Assembly (NCBI GenBank): GCA_041655695.1
Contig: JBBAEW010000002.1
Span: 27,927 to 91,926 of the forward strand
Length of the DNA stretch: 64,000 nucleotides
Reading direction: 5' to 3'
From: Saccharofermentanales bacterium
GTDB taxonomy: Bacteria > Bacillota > Clostridia > Saccharofermentanales > DTU023
The notes under the pieces were generated by a model. That model was not told the origin of the DNA. It ran no database searches and saw only the letters and a list, made by a program, of their open reading frames with translations. This document shows positions 9,244 to 18,262 of the stretch, one piece after another; the first letter of the stretch is position 1; the number at the start of each line of letters is the position of its first letter. Both the position numbers and the translations under genes were made by a program.

Positions 9244-10484
9244 GTGACCGCGTCGTCCTTCACGTGGACCAGAACGCTTTCTACGCCAGCGTGGAAATGC
9301 TCCGGCGGCCGTCACTGAAGACTGTCCCCTGCGCCGTGGCGGGTGACCCCGTCAATCGCCACGGAATCGTCCTGGCCAAAAATCAGCTGGCCAAGACGGC
9401 GGGCATCAAGACCGGGGAGACGGTCTGGCAAGCCAAGCAAAAATGCCCCGGCCTGGTCTTGATCCCTCCCGATTACAAGAGTTACCTCTATTACAGCCGG
9501 GTGGCCCGGGAGATCTACCGGGAGTATACGGACCGCGTTGAAGCCTTCGGGATCGACGAGTGCTGGCTGGACCTGACCGGCTGCCCCGACAGGGACGGAC
9601 CGGCCGTGGCCGAGGCCCTGCGCAGGCGCATGAAGGCCGAGCTGGGCCTGACCGTCAGCGTGGGTGTCAGCTGGAACAAGATCTACGCCAAGCTGGGCAG
9701 CGACCTGAAAAAGCCGGACGCCACTACTGTCATCAGCCGGGCAAGCTACCGGGAACAGGTCTATCCCCTGCCGGCAGGCAATCTGCTCTACGTAGGCCGG
9801 GCGACCGAGCGCAAGCTTGGCCGCTTCGGAATCAGGACCATCGGCCAGATGGTAGACGCGGGACCCGACTTCCTGCAGGCCCAGTTCGGGATCGTCGGTC
9901 TCAGTCTCTTCGCCTTCGCCGGCGGCCTGGACCAGACCCCCGTCGCCCTGTCCGGCCGGGAGGTCCCCATCAAGTCCGTGGGCAATTCCCTGACCACCCG
10001 GCGCGACCTCTACACGGAGCAGGACATCAAGGCCGTCACCTATATGCTGACCGAATCCGTAGCCGGCAGACTCCGGGATGCCGGCATGGCCGCCCGGACC
10101 GTTCAGGTCTCCCTGCGCGACTACGCCCTCTACAATTTCGAACGACAGGCCCCCCTCCCCCGGCCCACCCTTCTTTGCTCGGAGATCGCGCCGGAGGCCT
10201 TCAAGCTGATCATGGCCCATTTCCAGCCGGGCCAGTGGATCCGCAGCCTGGGAGTCCGCGCCTGCAACCTGATCCCCCAGTCCAGACTCAACCAGGAATC
10301 CTTCCTGCCGGATGACAGGCGGCGGCAGGCAGTCTTCCGCCTGGAAGATACCATCGACTCTCTCCGCGGCCGCTACGGCGGCCTCTCCGTCCGCCGGGGT
10401 ATCTCTCTGGTCGATCGCTCACTGACCGAACACGATATCAAGAGCGAGAATGTCATCCACCCGGTGGGCCTCTCCGGACCATGA
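9240..10484 (+). CDS. dinB: Y-family DNA polymerase (Pol IV / DinB-like)
   Basis: N-terminus VLHVDQNAFYASVE, then FGIDECWLDLTG, SVGVSWNKIYAKLGSDLKKPD; 414 aa. Confidence 0.9.
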   Translation: MSDRVVLHVDQNAFYASVEMLRRPSLKTVPCAVAGDPVNRHGIVLAKNQLAKTAGIKTGETVWQAKQKCPGLVLIPPDYKSYLYYSRVAREIYREYTDRVEAFGIDECWLDLTGCPDRDGPAVAEALRRRMKAELGLTVSVGVSWNKIYAKLGSDLKKPDATTVISRASYREQVYPLPAGNLLYVGRATERKLGRFGIRTIGQMVDAGPDFLQAQFGIVGLSLFAFAGGLDQTPVALSGREVPIKSVGNSLTTRRDLYTEQDIKAVTYMLTESVAGRLRDAGMAARTVQVSLRDYALYNFERQAPLPRPTLLCSEIAPEAFKLIMAHFQPGQWIRSLGVRACNLIPQSRLNQESFLPDDRRRQAVFRLEDTIDSLRGRYGGLSVRRGISLVDRSLTEHDIKSENVIHPVGLSGP

Positions 10485-10795
10485 GCCGGCCTGTCCCTGT
10501 CACCGTCATCCTGGAGATGCGGGCTTCCGGCACCCGGCATCCGCTTGAGATCGTGTGGGAGGACGGCCGGCGCTATGAGATCACCCGTTCCCTCTACCTG
10601 GGCCGCAAGGCCGCCCGCTCGGCCGGATCCGGCGAGTGCTGGCTCTGCCTGATCCAGGGCCGGCACGTCCCCCTCTATTACTCTCCCCTGACCGGTTGCT
10701 GGTGGATGGACGGCAAGGGCCAGGCGGAGGCCCCTCCAGCCCCGGAAGCCTACCGGCCCGTCAAGGACCGGGGACACAAAGGACCAGGCTCGTGA
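10481..10795 (+). CDS. Small protein (104 aa), paralogue of the 8980-9243 product
   Basis: ATGA overlap with the dinB stop (10481-10484). Shares G-x3-PL, EDG, R-x-L, CLI, V-x-L-x-Y and W positions with the upstream small ORF. Confidence 0.6.
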   Translation: MSRPVPVTVILEMRASGTRHPLEIVWEDGRRYEITRSLYLGRKAARSAGSGECWLCLIQGRHVPLYYSPLTGCWWMDGKGQAEAPPAPEAYRPVKDRGHKGPGS

Positions 10796-10833
10796 GATAA
10801 TGAAAGCATCTCACAGGGGGAGGCTTTGGCCCC

Positions 10834-11901
10834 ATGCTCAAAAACAAGACTTTTCGAAATTACAAGGAACAGATTGAATTCATGCAGAGCCGCGGTATCC
10901 GGGTCCCCGACCAGGAAGCGGCCATTGAGGCCCTCAGCACCTTCTCCTATTACTCCCTGGTCAATCTCAACAAGCACCTCTATGGAGGCCTGGAAAAAAG
11001 AGACTTCGAGGGCAGCCCCTCCATCCTGGACCTCCAGCTGGCCCACATGCTTAACATGAATTTCTACCACATCCTGCTCAAGGGCATCCTCTATGTCGAG
11101 GCCGCCTTCAAGACCAAGCTGGCCTATCTGATTTCTCGCGAATTTGGAACCGAAGCCCACGATGATCTGGACCGGAAGGGCAACAACTATTTCCACCAGG
11201 CTTATTACGATGCCGCCAACCCCTCTGTCCCGGGGACCTTGCGGACTCTTCGGAACAAACTCCGCTTCCTTCTCTCCGATACCAAGGCCAATTCCTACTC
11301 CCACAAATTCCTGGCAGGCAACCGCCAGCTGCCCCCCTGGATGTTCGTCCACGATATCGAATTCGGCCTGGCCGTCCTTTGGTACAACATCCTGCAGCAG
11401 GCCGACCGGGCGGAAGTGCGCGACCGGATGATGTGGGGGGAGACCGGCCAGCCGCCGGCCGGCCTGCAGGCCCAGGCGGCCGCGGATTTCTTCGAGGCGG
11501 CCCTGAAGATCCTGCGCGAATACCGCAACACCATCGCCCACGGAGAGCGTGTCTTCCCTGTTGAAATGACAGCGGTTCTGCCCTGGCAGCCCCTCAAGGC
11601 CGTCCTGCCTGAGGGCATCCTGTCCCTGGAGGAGTACCAGTCGGGCTTCGGACAGAAGGACACCTTCGCCTGCCTGCTGGCCGTGGTCTATTTCATCCAC
11701 GACCCGGTTCTCATGGTCAGTTTTTTAAGGGAGATCAGGGCCCAGATCGAATTCGCCCAGCAGATCCGCCAGGCCATGGCACCGGGCGCCCTGGATATTT
11801 TCCAGATTCTGGGGATTCCCCCCTTCACCATGGAACGCCTGATCCGGCTCAGCCACCTGCGGTTCGGCTCCCTGACAGAGACCTTCCTGGACCGGACCTG
11901 A
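10834..11901 (+). CDS. Abi_2 family (AbiD/AbiF-like) abortive-infection protein, HEPN superfamily
   Basis: N-terminal YKEQIEFMQSRGI...A...L....YY.L and central PPWMFVHDIEFG are typical of Abi_2. R-x4-H motif in YRNTIAHGERV. Confidence 0.75.
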   Translation: MLKNKTFRNYKEQIEFMQSRGIRVPDQEAAIEALSTFSYYSLVNLNKHLYGGLEKRDFEGSPSILDLQLAHMLNMNFYHILLKGILYVEAAFKTKLAYLISREFGTEAHDDLDRKGNNYFHQAYYDAANPSVPGTLRTLRNKLRFLLSDTKANSYSHKFLAGNRQLPPWMFVHDIEFGLAVLWYNILQQADRAEVRDRMMWGETGQPPAGLQAQAAADFFEAALKILREYRNTIAHGERVFPVEMTAVLPWQPLKAVLPEGILSLEEYQSGFGQKDTFACLLAVVYFIHDPVLMVSFLREIRAQIEFAQQIRQAMAPGALDIFQILGIPPFTMERLIRLSHLRFGSLTETFLDRT

Positions 11902-11911
11902 AACGTTCGGA

Positions 11912-12676
11912 TCAGCCCAGGGCGATATCCAGAACCATCATGATGATGAAGCCGGTGATCATGGCGTAGCTGGCGATCCGCTCATTGCCGCTGCTATGGG
12001 TTTCGGGGATGACCTCATCCACGATGACGAAAAGCATGGCTCCGGCGGCCAGGGCCAGGATGAAGGAGAGGGCCGGCTTGAAGAGACGGACCAGGCCAAA
12101 GCCCAGGAAGGCCATGGCCGGCTCGATGACACCTGTGACCAGGGCGATCCAGAAGGCCATTTTTGTGCTGTATTTCTCACGCATGAGGGCGAAGGCAACC
12201 GCAAGCCCTTCGGGCATGTTCTGAAGACCGATTCCGATGGCGATGGGGATGCCGTGGGCCGGGTTGTTGGAACCGAAGGCGACGCCGACGGCCAGGCCTT
12301 CGGGGATATTGTGGATGGCGATGGCAATGACAAAGAGCCAGATCTTTTTCAGGGAATCGCTGGCCACACCCTCGTGGTGCTTGTTGATCAGGTGCTCATG
12401 GGGCGCGAAGTAGTCGATGATATCAATCAGGAAGGCTCCTGCGGCAATTCCCGCAGCGGTGACCAGAACCGCGGTCAGATGGCCGCCTCCGTGCTCGATG
12501 CTGGGGAGAATCAGGGAAAAACAGGTAGCGGCCAGCATGACGCCCGCCGCGAATCCCAGCATGACATCCAGCCATTTGCGTGAGACATCCCGCGCGAAGA
12601 GAGCGGGGATGGCCCCGATCCCTGTCATGATGCCCGGAATAATCAAGCCCGCGGCGATGACCCAGTTATTTGCCAT
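11912..12676 (-). CDS. ZIP family divalent-metal transporter (ZupT-like)
   Basis: Multi-TM protein with the HNIPEGLAVGVAF and QNMPEGLAVA signature helices. Confidence 0.85.
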   Translation of the reverse strand: MANNWVIAAGLIIPGIMTGIGAIPALFARDVSRKWLDVMLGFAAGVMLAATCFSLILPSIEHGGGHLTAVLVTAAGIAAGAFLIDIIDYFAPHEHLINKHHEGVASDSLKKIWLFVIAIAIHNIPEGLAVGVAFGSNNPAHGIPIAIGIGLQNMPEGLAVAFALMREKYSTKMAFWIALVTGVIEPAMAFLGFGLVRLFKPALSFILALAAGAMLFVIVDEVIPETHSSGNERIASYAMITGFIIMMVLDIALG

Positions 12677-12704
12677 AGGAAACCTCTTTCAGCTTTTGCC
12701 CATT

Positions 12705-13415
12705 TTACCATTGATCCATGGCCTCCCCATAGGCCCTGTAGCGGTCCCTGCCCGTGGCCGCCACCAGGCCGACAGGCCGGAGCCCTGTCTGCAGCAGTGG
12801 CTTGGCCGCCTCCTTCATGGTCGCGCCGCTGGTCAGGATATCGTCGACCAGAAGAACTGTCCGCCCCCTCAATTCGGCCGGAAGCCGGGATCCGGAGCTC
12901 AGGCGGAAGGCCCCCTCCAGATGCTCCAGGCGTTCCTTGAGCGAGGTGGTTTCCGACTGGCGCCGGGTATCGCGCCAGCGGACCAGGAGCTTGTCAAGGG
13001 AGGGGATGGAAAGCTCTTCGGACAGGCCTTCCGCCAGCAGAGCGGCCTGGTTGTATCCCCGCCTTCTGCGCCGGTTCTCGTGAAGGGGCAGGGGGATGAT
13101 GGCATCGGCTTCCAAGCCCTGGCAAAGAACGGTCCGGGCCATGAGGGGAGCCAGGGCCATAGCCCGGTCTGTCCTGCCGGCAAATTTGATGGAGACCAGG
13201 ATTTCCGTCAGGGGTTCCCGGTAGAAAAAAGTGGCAAAGAGAGGGAAGGGGCCGTCCCAGCCAACCGCCTCCCTGTCCATGCGAAAGGGCAGACGGGAGA
13301 GGCAAAGGCGGCAGACAGAGGGTGAAGGCAGGGGCGGATGAACCGCCTGGTCACAGATGGAGCAGAAGGGAACGTAGTAGGCGCGCCGGATGACCCGGCC
13401 CAGCCAGCCGCCCAC
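12705..13415 (-). CDS. comFC: ComF family protein (phosphoribosyltransferase-like, ComFC)
   Basis: N-terminal Cys pairs (CSICD...CRLC) and C-terminal PRTase loop VLLVDDILTSGAT. Lies directly downstream of recD2. Confidence 0.8.
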   Translation of the reverse strand: MGGWLGRVIRRAYYVPFCSICDQAVHPPLPSPSVCRLCLSRLPFRMDREAVGWDGPFPLFATFFYREPLTEILVSIKFAGRTDRAMALAPLMARTVLCQGLEADAIIPLPLHENRRRRRGYNQAALLAEGLSEELSIPSLDKLLVRWRDTRRQSETTSLKERLEHLEGAFRLSSGSRLPAELRGRTVLLVDDILTSGATMKEAAKPLLQTGLRPVGLVAATGRDRYRAYGEAMDQW

Positions 13416-13418
13416 GGC

Positions 13419-15791
13419 TCATTGGCTCAGCCAGTGGCGGAGCATGCCTTGTCTTTCGTTGGCCTCATTGTTCTTGAGCATCATGGCCAGGGTCCGTTTG
13501 CGGGTCAGAAGGAAGAGCTGTTCCTTGGCCCGGGTGACACCCGTGTAAAGGAGATTGCGGGTCAAAAAGGCGGGGGCTCCCGAAGGGATGACCAGAATCT
13601 CAAAAGGGTATTCCGAGCCCTGTGACTTGTGGATGGTCACGGCATAGGCCAGATCCAGATCCTTGAGGTCCTCGCCCGCGATCACGGCCAGGCGTTCTTC
13701 CTCAAAGAGGACGGTGACACTTGACTGGCTGAGGCTGACGGATTGGACCACTCCCATCTCCCCGTTCATAACCCCGCTTCCCTTGCGGCCGCTTTCCAGG
13801 TCACTCCATTCGAGCTCATAGTTGTTGCGCGTCTGCATGACCTTGTCGCCGCTGGTAAAGCGCTGGTCGCCTCTGTCGATACCCTGGAAGGAGGGACCTC
13901 TGGCCAGGAGCTGGAGCTGGCGGTTGAGTTCGGCCACTCCGGCGGCTCCCCGGCGGACAGCCGACAGGGTCTGGGCCTTGAAAGGATTGTCCAGGCCGTA
14001 GTAGCGGGGCAGGACATCCCGGTAAAGCTTGAGGACACTGTCCTGCATGACCTGTTCGTCTTCGCAGTCTATAAAGATGAAGTCCGACTCCAGGGACTGA
14101 TCCAGGTCAAGATCCTCCCCCCGCAGAATGCGGTGGGCGTTGGTGACGATCAGCTTATGGGCCTCCTGGCGGTAGATCTCAGTCAGGCGCTTATGGGCCA
14201 CTGTCTGGGACAGGAGAATATCGCGCAGAACCTGGCCGGGGCCGATGGAGGGCAGCTGGTCGGCATCCCCGATCAGGATCAGCCGGGTCCCCGGCTTGAC
14301 CGCTGAGAGCAGGTTGGCAAAGAGGAAGAGGTCGATCATGGAGCACTCGTCCACGATCAGGGTCTGGCAATCCAGGGCTTCCGCCGTAAGCCAGAAAGAG
14401 GGATCCAGCATGGCATCATCCTGGACTTGAAGGGCCAGGAGGCGGTGCAGGGTCTGGGCCGGCAGTTTGCAGACTTCCGACAGCCTTCTGGCTGCCCGGC
14501 CGGTCGGGGCTCCCAGAAGAATGGTCTCGCCCTGTTCCTTGAGGATGCGGGTCAAGAGGCGGACCAGAGCCGTTTTTCCCGTTCCCGGCCCGCCGGTGAT
14601 GATGGAGAAGGGCTGGGTCAGGGCCATGAGCAGGGCTTCGTACTGTTCCTCTCCCGGCTGGAAGTCCTCCTGCCTGGCGACCGACTGGATCTGCCTGGCT
14701 GCCTCCTGCCAGTCCGGAGGGCCTGTCAGCTTGCTGGCGGATAATAGTGCCACCCTGCGGGCCAAGGCTTCCTCGACCACAGCCACGGAGGCCAGGGCAA
14801 TCCGATCTTCCGCACTTTCCTGCCCCGCTGCGGCTTCCTTCTTTTTGCCCTGGTCACCCGCCCCGAACTCCTGGGCCAGTTGTCGGACGGCTGTGGCCCA
14901 TTTGCCCTGGCCTCCGGCCAGCGGGGCGGAGGGGACCTTCCAGGCGCCGTAAAGGTCCCCGGCCCGGACCAGGTCTCCCTGTGAGATCAGATCCATGACC
15001 GCCTGGCGGATCTTGTCCTGGCTGACCACAAGCTGTTCGGACAGAGAGCGGATAAGGTCGGACATGGATTCAACCGTGTGCCCGTCCCTGAAGAGGGCCT
15101 GATTGAGGGCGTAGAGGACGGCTCCCCGCAAACGGGCCGGATGATCTCCCCGGATACCGACTGCCGCAGCGATGGCATCTGCCGTCAGAAAGCCGATCCC
15201 CGGCACCAGGGAAGCCAGCTCATAAGGGTTGGTCCGGATGAGGCTTTCAGCCCGGGAACCCAGTTTCTTGTGGATTTTCATGATCCGGGAGGGGCCGATA
15301 CCGTAAGGCAGAAGGAGGAGCATGAGTTCCTGGAAACCCTGATCCTCTGCCAGCTGCTCCTGGAAAGAGAGGGCCTTCTTCAGACCTACGCCCCGGATGG
15401 CAGCCACCCGCTTGGGCTGCTGCCGCAGGACCTCCAAAGTCTCATCCCCGAAGGCGGCAACCAGCTTTTTGGCAGTCGCCGGCCCGATACCCTTCAAGGC
15501 GCCTGAAGCCAGATAGCGTTCGATCCGGTCCTTGCCGTGGGGCAGGGACCGGGAGATGGTCCGGACCTGGATCTGAGGTCCGTAAGCCGGATGATCGGTC
15601 AGAAGGCCCTGGCCCTCTACATCATCGCCAGCCGCCAGATAAGGCATGATCCCGACCAGGGTCCACTCCATCTGGCCGCTTTCGACCTCAATGACGCTGT
15701 AGCCGTTTTCCTCATTCCGAAAGACAAGCCGGGTCACGACGCCGGCAAAGGAGAGAAGCTCCCCCTGGTCTTTGTGTCCCCTGTCTGCCAT
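13419..15791 (-). CDS. recD2: SF1B helicase RecD2
   Basis: Walker A GGPGTGKT, LIVDECSM, LILIGDADQLPSIGPG, AVTIHKSQGSEY. ATG at 15791 with AAGGAG upstream. The listed start at 15950 would overlap metK. Confidence 0.85.
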   Translation of the reverse strand: MADRGHKDQGELLSFAGVVTRLVFRNEENGYSVIEVESGQMEWTLVGIMPYLAAGDDVEGQGLLTDHPAYGPQIQVRTISRSLPHGKDRIERYLASGALKGIGPATAKKLVAAFGDETLEVLRQQPKRVAAIRGVGLKKALSFQEQLAEDQGFQELMLLLLPYGIGPSRIMKIHKKLGSRAESLIRTNPYELASLVPGIGFLTADAIAAAVGIRGDHPARLRGAVLYALNQALFRDGHTVESMSDLIRSLSEQLVVSQDKIRQAVMDLISQGDLVRAGDLYGAWKVPSAPLAGGQGKWATAVRQLAQEFGAGDQGKKKEAAAGQESAEDRIALASVAVVEEALARRVALLSASKLTGPPDWQEAARQIQSVARQEDFQPGEEQYEALLMALTQPFSIITGGPGTGKTALVRLLTRILKEQGETILLGAPTGRAARRLSEVCKLPAQTLHRLLALQVQDDAMLDPSFWLTAEALDCQTLIVDECSMIDLFLFANLLSAVKPGTRLILIGDADQLPSIGPGQVLRDILLSQTVAHKRLTEIYRQEAHKLIVTNAHRILRGEDLDLDQSLESDFIFIDCEDEQVMQDSVLKLYRDVLPRYYGLDNPFKAQTLSAVRRGAAGVAELNRQLQLLARGPSFQGIDRGDQRFTSGDKVMQTRNNYELEWSDLESGRKGSGVMNGEMGVVQSVSLSQSSVTVLFEEERLAVIAGEDLKDLDLAYAVTIHKSQGSEYPFEILVIPSGAPAFLTRNLLYTGVTRAKEQLFLLTRKRTLAMMLKNNEANERQGMLRHWLSQ

Positions 15792-15825
15792 CCTGCACTC
15801 CTTGCCTTGACGGGCCTGCCGGCCC

Positions 15826-17010
15826 TCAGTTTGACAGGAGTTCTTCGACCGCGTCCAGACGCTCCCAGGGCAGATCCAGCTCCGGTCTGCCGAAATGACC
15901 GTAATTGCTGACCTGGGTGTAGATGGGCCGCAGGAGGTCGAAGCGTTCAATGATGGCGTCAGGCCGGAGATCGTAGGCGCGGCGGACCAGGGCGCTCAAG
16001 GCCTCGTCCGAGTGACCTGCCCCGGTTCCGAAGGTGGTCACGGTCACCGAAACAGGCTGGGCCACGCCGATCACGTAGGCAATCTGTACTTCGCATTGAC
16101 TGCAGAGGCCGGCCGCGATCAGATTCTTGGCGATATGGCGGGCGGCATAGGAGCCGGTCCGGTCAACCTTGGTGGGGTCTTTGCCGGAAAAAGCGCCGCC
16201 GCCGTGGTGGCCGAAACCGCCGTAGGTGTCGCAGATGATCTTGCGGCCGGTCAGGCCCGTGTCCCCCTGAGGACCGCCGATTACGAAGCGGCCGGTCGGG
16301 TTGATGAGAATCTTGGTGTTGCTGTCAAAAAGGTCGCCGGCCAGGATGGGATAGATAACGGCATCCTCGATCTCGTCCCGGACCTGTTCGGGCGTAGCTT
16401 CGCCATTGTGCTGGGCCGAGATGACGACCGTATCGATGTGAACCGGCCGCTCCCCCTCGTAGCGGATGGTTACCTGGGACTTGCCGTCCGGATAGAGGGA
16501 GGGGGCATGGCCGCTCTTGCGGGCTTCGGCCAGGCGGCGGGTCAGGCGGTGAGCCAGGGTGATGGGCAGGGGCATGTACTCCGGTGTATCACTGTTGGCA
16601 AAGCCGAACATCATGCCCTGGTCCCCGGCGCCTGTGGCCAGACTGCCGCTGTCCCGGGCTTCCAGGGAGCAGTTGACACCCATGGCAATATCGGTGGACT
16701 GTTCGTCGATGGAAGTCAGGACGGCACAGGAAGAGGCGTCAAAGCCCAGAGGATTGCCCGTGTAACCGATCCGGCGCAGGGTATCGCGCGCGATCAGTGG
16801 GATGTCCGCGTAGGCGCTGGTAGTGATCTCACCCATGACCAGGACCAGGCCCGTCGTTACGACCGTCTCACAGGCGACGCGGGCACAGGGGTCATGGGCA
16901 ATCAGGGCGTCCAGGACGGCATCGGCGATTTGATCACAAACTTTATCGGGATGGCCTTCCGTCACCGATTCAGATGTGAAAAGCCACGAGTCATTGGTTG
17001 AGTTGAACAT
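15826..17010 (-). CDS. metK: S-adenosylmethionine synthase
   Basis: [43 protein letters not shown]-like motifs. ATG at 17010 with TAAGGAG upstream. Confidence 0.95.
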   Translation of the reverse strand: MFNSTNDSWLFTSESVTEGHPDKVCDQIADAVLDALIAHDPCARVACETVVTTGLVLVMGEITTSAYADIPLIARDTLRRIGYTGNPLGFDASSCAVLTSIDEQSTDIAMGVNCSLEARDSGSLATGAGDQGMMFGFANSDTPEYMPLPITLAHRLTRRLAEARKSGHAPSLYPDGKSQVTIRYEGERPVHIDTVVISAQHNGEATPEQVRDEIEDAVIYPILAGDLFDSNTKILINPTGRFVIGGPQGDTGLTGRKIICDTYGGFGHHGGGAFSGKDPTKVDRTGSYAARHIAKNLIAAGLCSQCEVQIAYVIGVAQPVSVTVTTFGTGAGHSDEALSALVRRAYDLRPDAIIERFDLLRPIYTQVSNYGHFGRPELDLPWERLDAVEELLSN

Positions 17011-17055
17011 TGCGTTTCTCCTTACATTCATCTTCCCACAAGGGGAAAGAGCCAC

Positions 17056-17186
17056 TAAAAAGGCCTCCTGAGGAGGCCGACTGAACCTCATCTCTCAGAC
17101 ACTGCTGTCTGCAGGAATTAGCACCGCCGCATGACCGCGGTTGCCGGGTTTCACAGGGCCAGTCCCTCCACCTCTCAAGATAAGAA
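17056..17186 (-). promoter_or_regulatory. SAM-I (S-box) riboswitch with intrinsic terminator in the metK leader
   Basis: Minus strand reads TTCTTATCTTGAGAGGTGGAGGGACTGGCCCTGTGAAACCCGGCAACC...GGTGCTAATTCCTGCAG...GAGAGATGAG. The hairpin GGCCTCC-TCA-GGAGGCC plus TTTTT follows. Confidence 0.85.
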
Positions 17187-17204
17187 ATCTATTCAATTTT
17201 GCTT

Positions 17205-17233
17205 ACTATACCACAAGCCCCCTGTCTGGTCGA
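17205..17233 (-). promoter_or_regulatory. Candidate metK promoter (extended -10)
   Basis: Minus strand: TCGACC, 17 nt spacer, TGgTATAGT. Lies about 20 nt before the riboswitch P1. Confidence 0.4.
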
Positions 17234-17345
17234 AAGGGCGGTTAATGACCTTCCCCGGCCGGCAGACCGGATAGTCCCAAAGGCAGGTCTTGCCTATGTT
17301 GACAGAGGCGGCCCCGGCTTCCCGGCCGGCAGCCCCCCCAAAGCC

Positions 17346-18260
17346 ATGAAACCGACTCTCTTGCTGATCGACACGCACCCCCACTATGCCGCCCGCCTGG
17401 CGGCCCGCCTCAACCATCTGGCTGGCGGCGCTTACCGTGCCAGCACCCTGGCCCCCGGTGCTCCCTGGCCTGCAAGGAAAGAGGATCTGCCTCCTGACAC
17501 ATGCCTGGCTATCCTGCCGGAAGCCTGCGCTGACTGGTCCCTCTTTGCGGGAGAGCCTTTCCCCCTTCTTTTCTGGGGTCAAGCCTCTGAGGGGGAAGAC
17601 CGGGTTCCCCGCTTTTCGGGTGCCGGTGAAATCGACCGGATGGTCCGCCTGCACCTGAATCCGGTCAACCCTGCGGCCCAAGGGACTCAAGGAGAACGGA
17701 CCTGCGGCTGCCATCTTTCTTTTTCCCAGGACCGGGCCAGAGCCATCAACCGCCATGTCCTGGATCAGGCTCTGGCTTCCGGCAAACGCCTGATCTACCT
17801 GCCCGTCAAACCTCTCTACCGGCTGGAGGATTCCTTTCGCTCCAGCCCCGGAATGACTGCCGGTGACCTCCTCTGCCTGCTGGCATCCGGTCAGAGACCT
17901 CAGGCCTCCGAGGTGGGCCGCTGGCTCTACCTGCACGAACGAGGCTATTTCACCTTCCGTCTGCCGGACCGGGCAGATGACCTGGTGTCCTGTGAAATCG
18001 AAGTCTTGAGACAGCTGGTCTCCCTTACCCATGACTACGCCCGGGAGAGCACGGAAGCCACCCAGGTCTGGCTGGACACGGAAGGACTCCTCCTGGACCG
18101 CCACCTCCGCCTTGCCGCCCTCTGCGACCACCTCTACGTCGACATCCCCCAGGGAGATTCGGCTGCGGCTTACTCGGCCAGGCGCGAGCTGGGAATCCTC
18201 CTGGCAGGACTCCCTCCCTCCTGCGCCGTCCTGGAGCAGATCCTGCCCGGAGGATCCTGA
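17346..18260 (+). CDS. TadZ/CpaE-position protein: receiver-like N-terminus plus degenerate ParA/MinD-like domain
   Basis: First gene of the Tad-like operon. ATG at 17346 (MKPTLLLIDTHP...). The listed start at 17199 would run through the metK promoter. No KGGxGK[ST] Walker A is visible. Confidence 0.45.
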   Translation: MKPTLLLIDTHPHYAARLAARLNHLAGGAYRASTLAPGAPWPARKEDLPPDTCLAILPEACADWSLFAGEPFPLLFWGQASEGEDRVPRFSGAGEIDRMVRLHLNPVNPAAQGTQGERTCGCHLSFSQDRARAINRHVLDQALASGKRLIYLPVKPLYRLEDSFRSSPGMTAGDLLCLLASGQRPQASEVGRWLYLHERGYFTFRLPDRADDLVSCEIEVLRQLVSLTHDYARESTEATQVWLDTEGLLLDRHLRLAALCDHLYVDIPQGDSAAAYSARRELGILLAGLPPSCAVLEQILPGGS

Positions 18261-18262
18261 CC

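Noticed and set aside
15792-15950. N-terminal extensions implied by the listed ORF starts. Examples: recD2 to 15950, metK to 17091, SBP to 7983, yigZ to 30922, upp to 23326, ygfK to 56528, ygeW to 59213, aminotransferase to 43154.
   Set aside because: The extensions overlap upstream genes or regulatory RNA and lack SDs. Internal ATG/GTG/TTG codons with good SDs give N-termini matching the known families.
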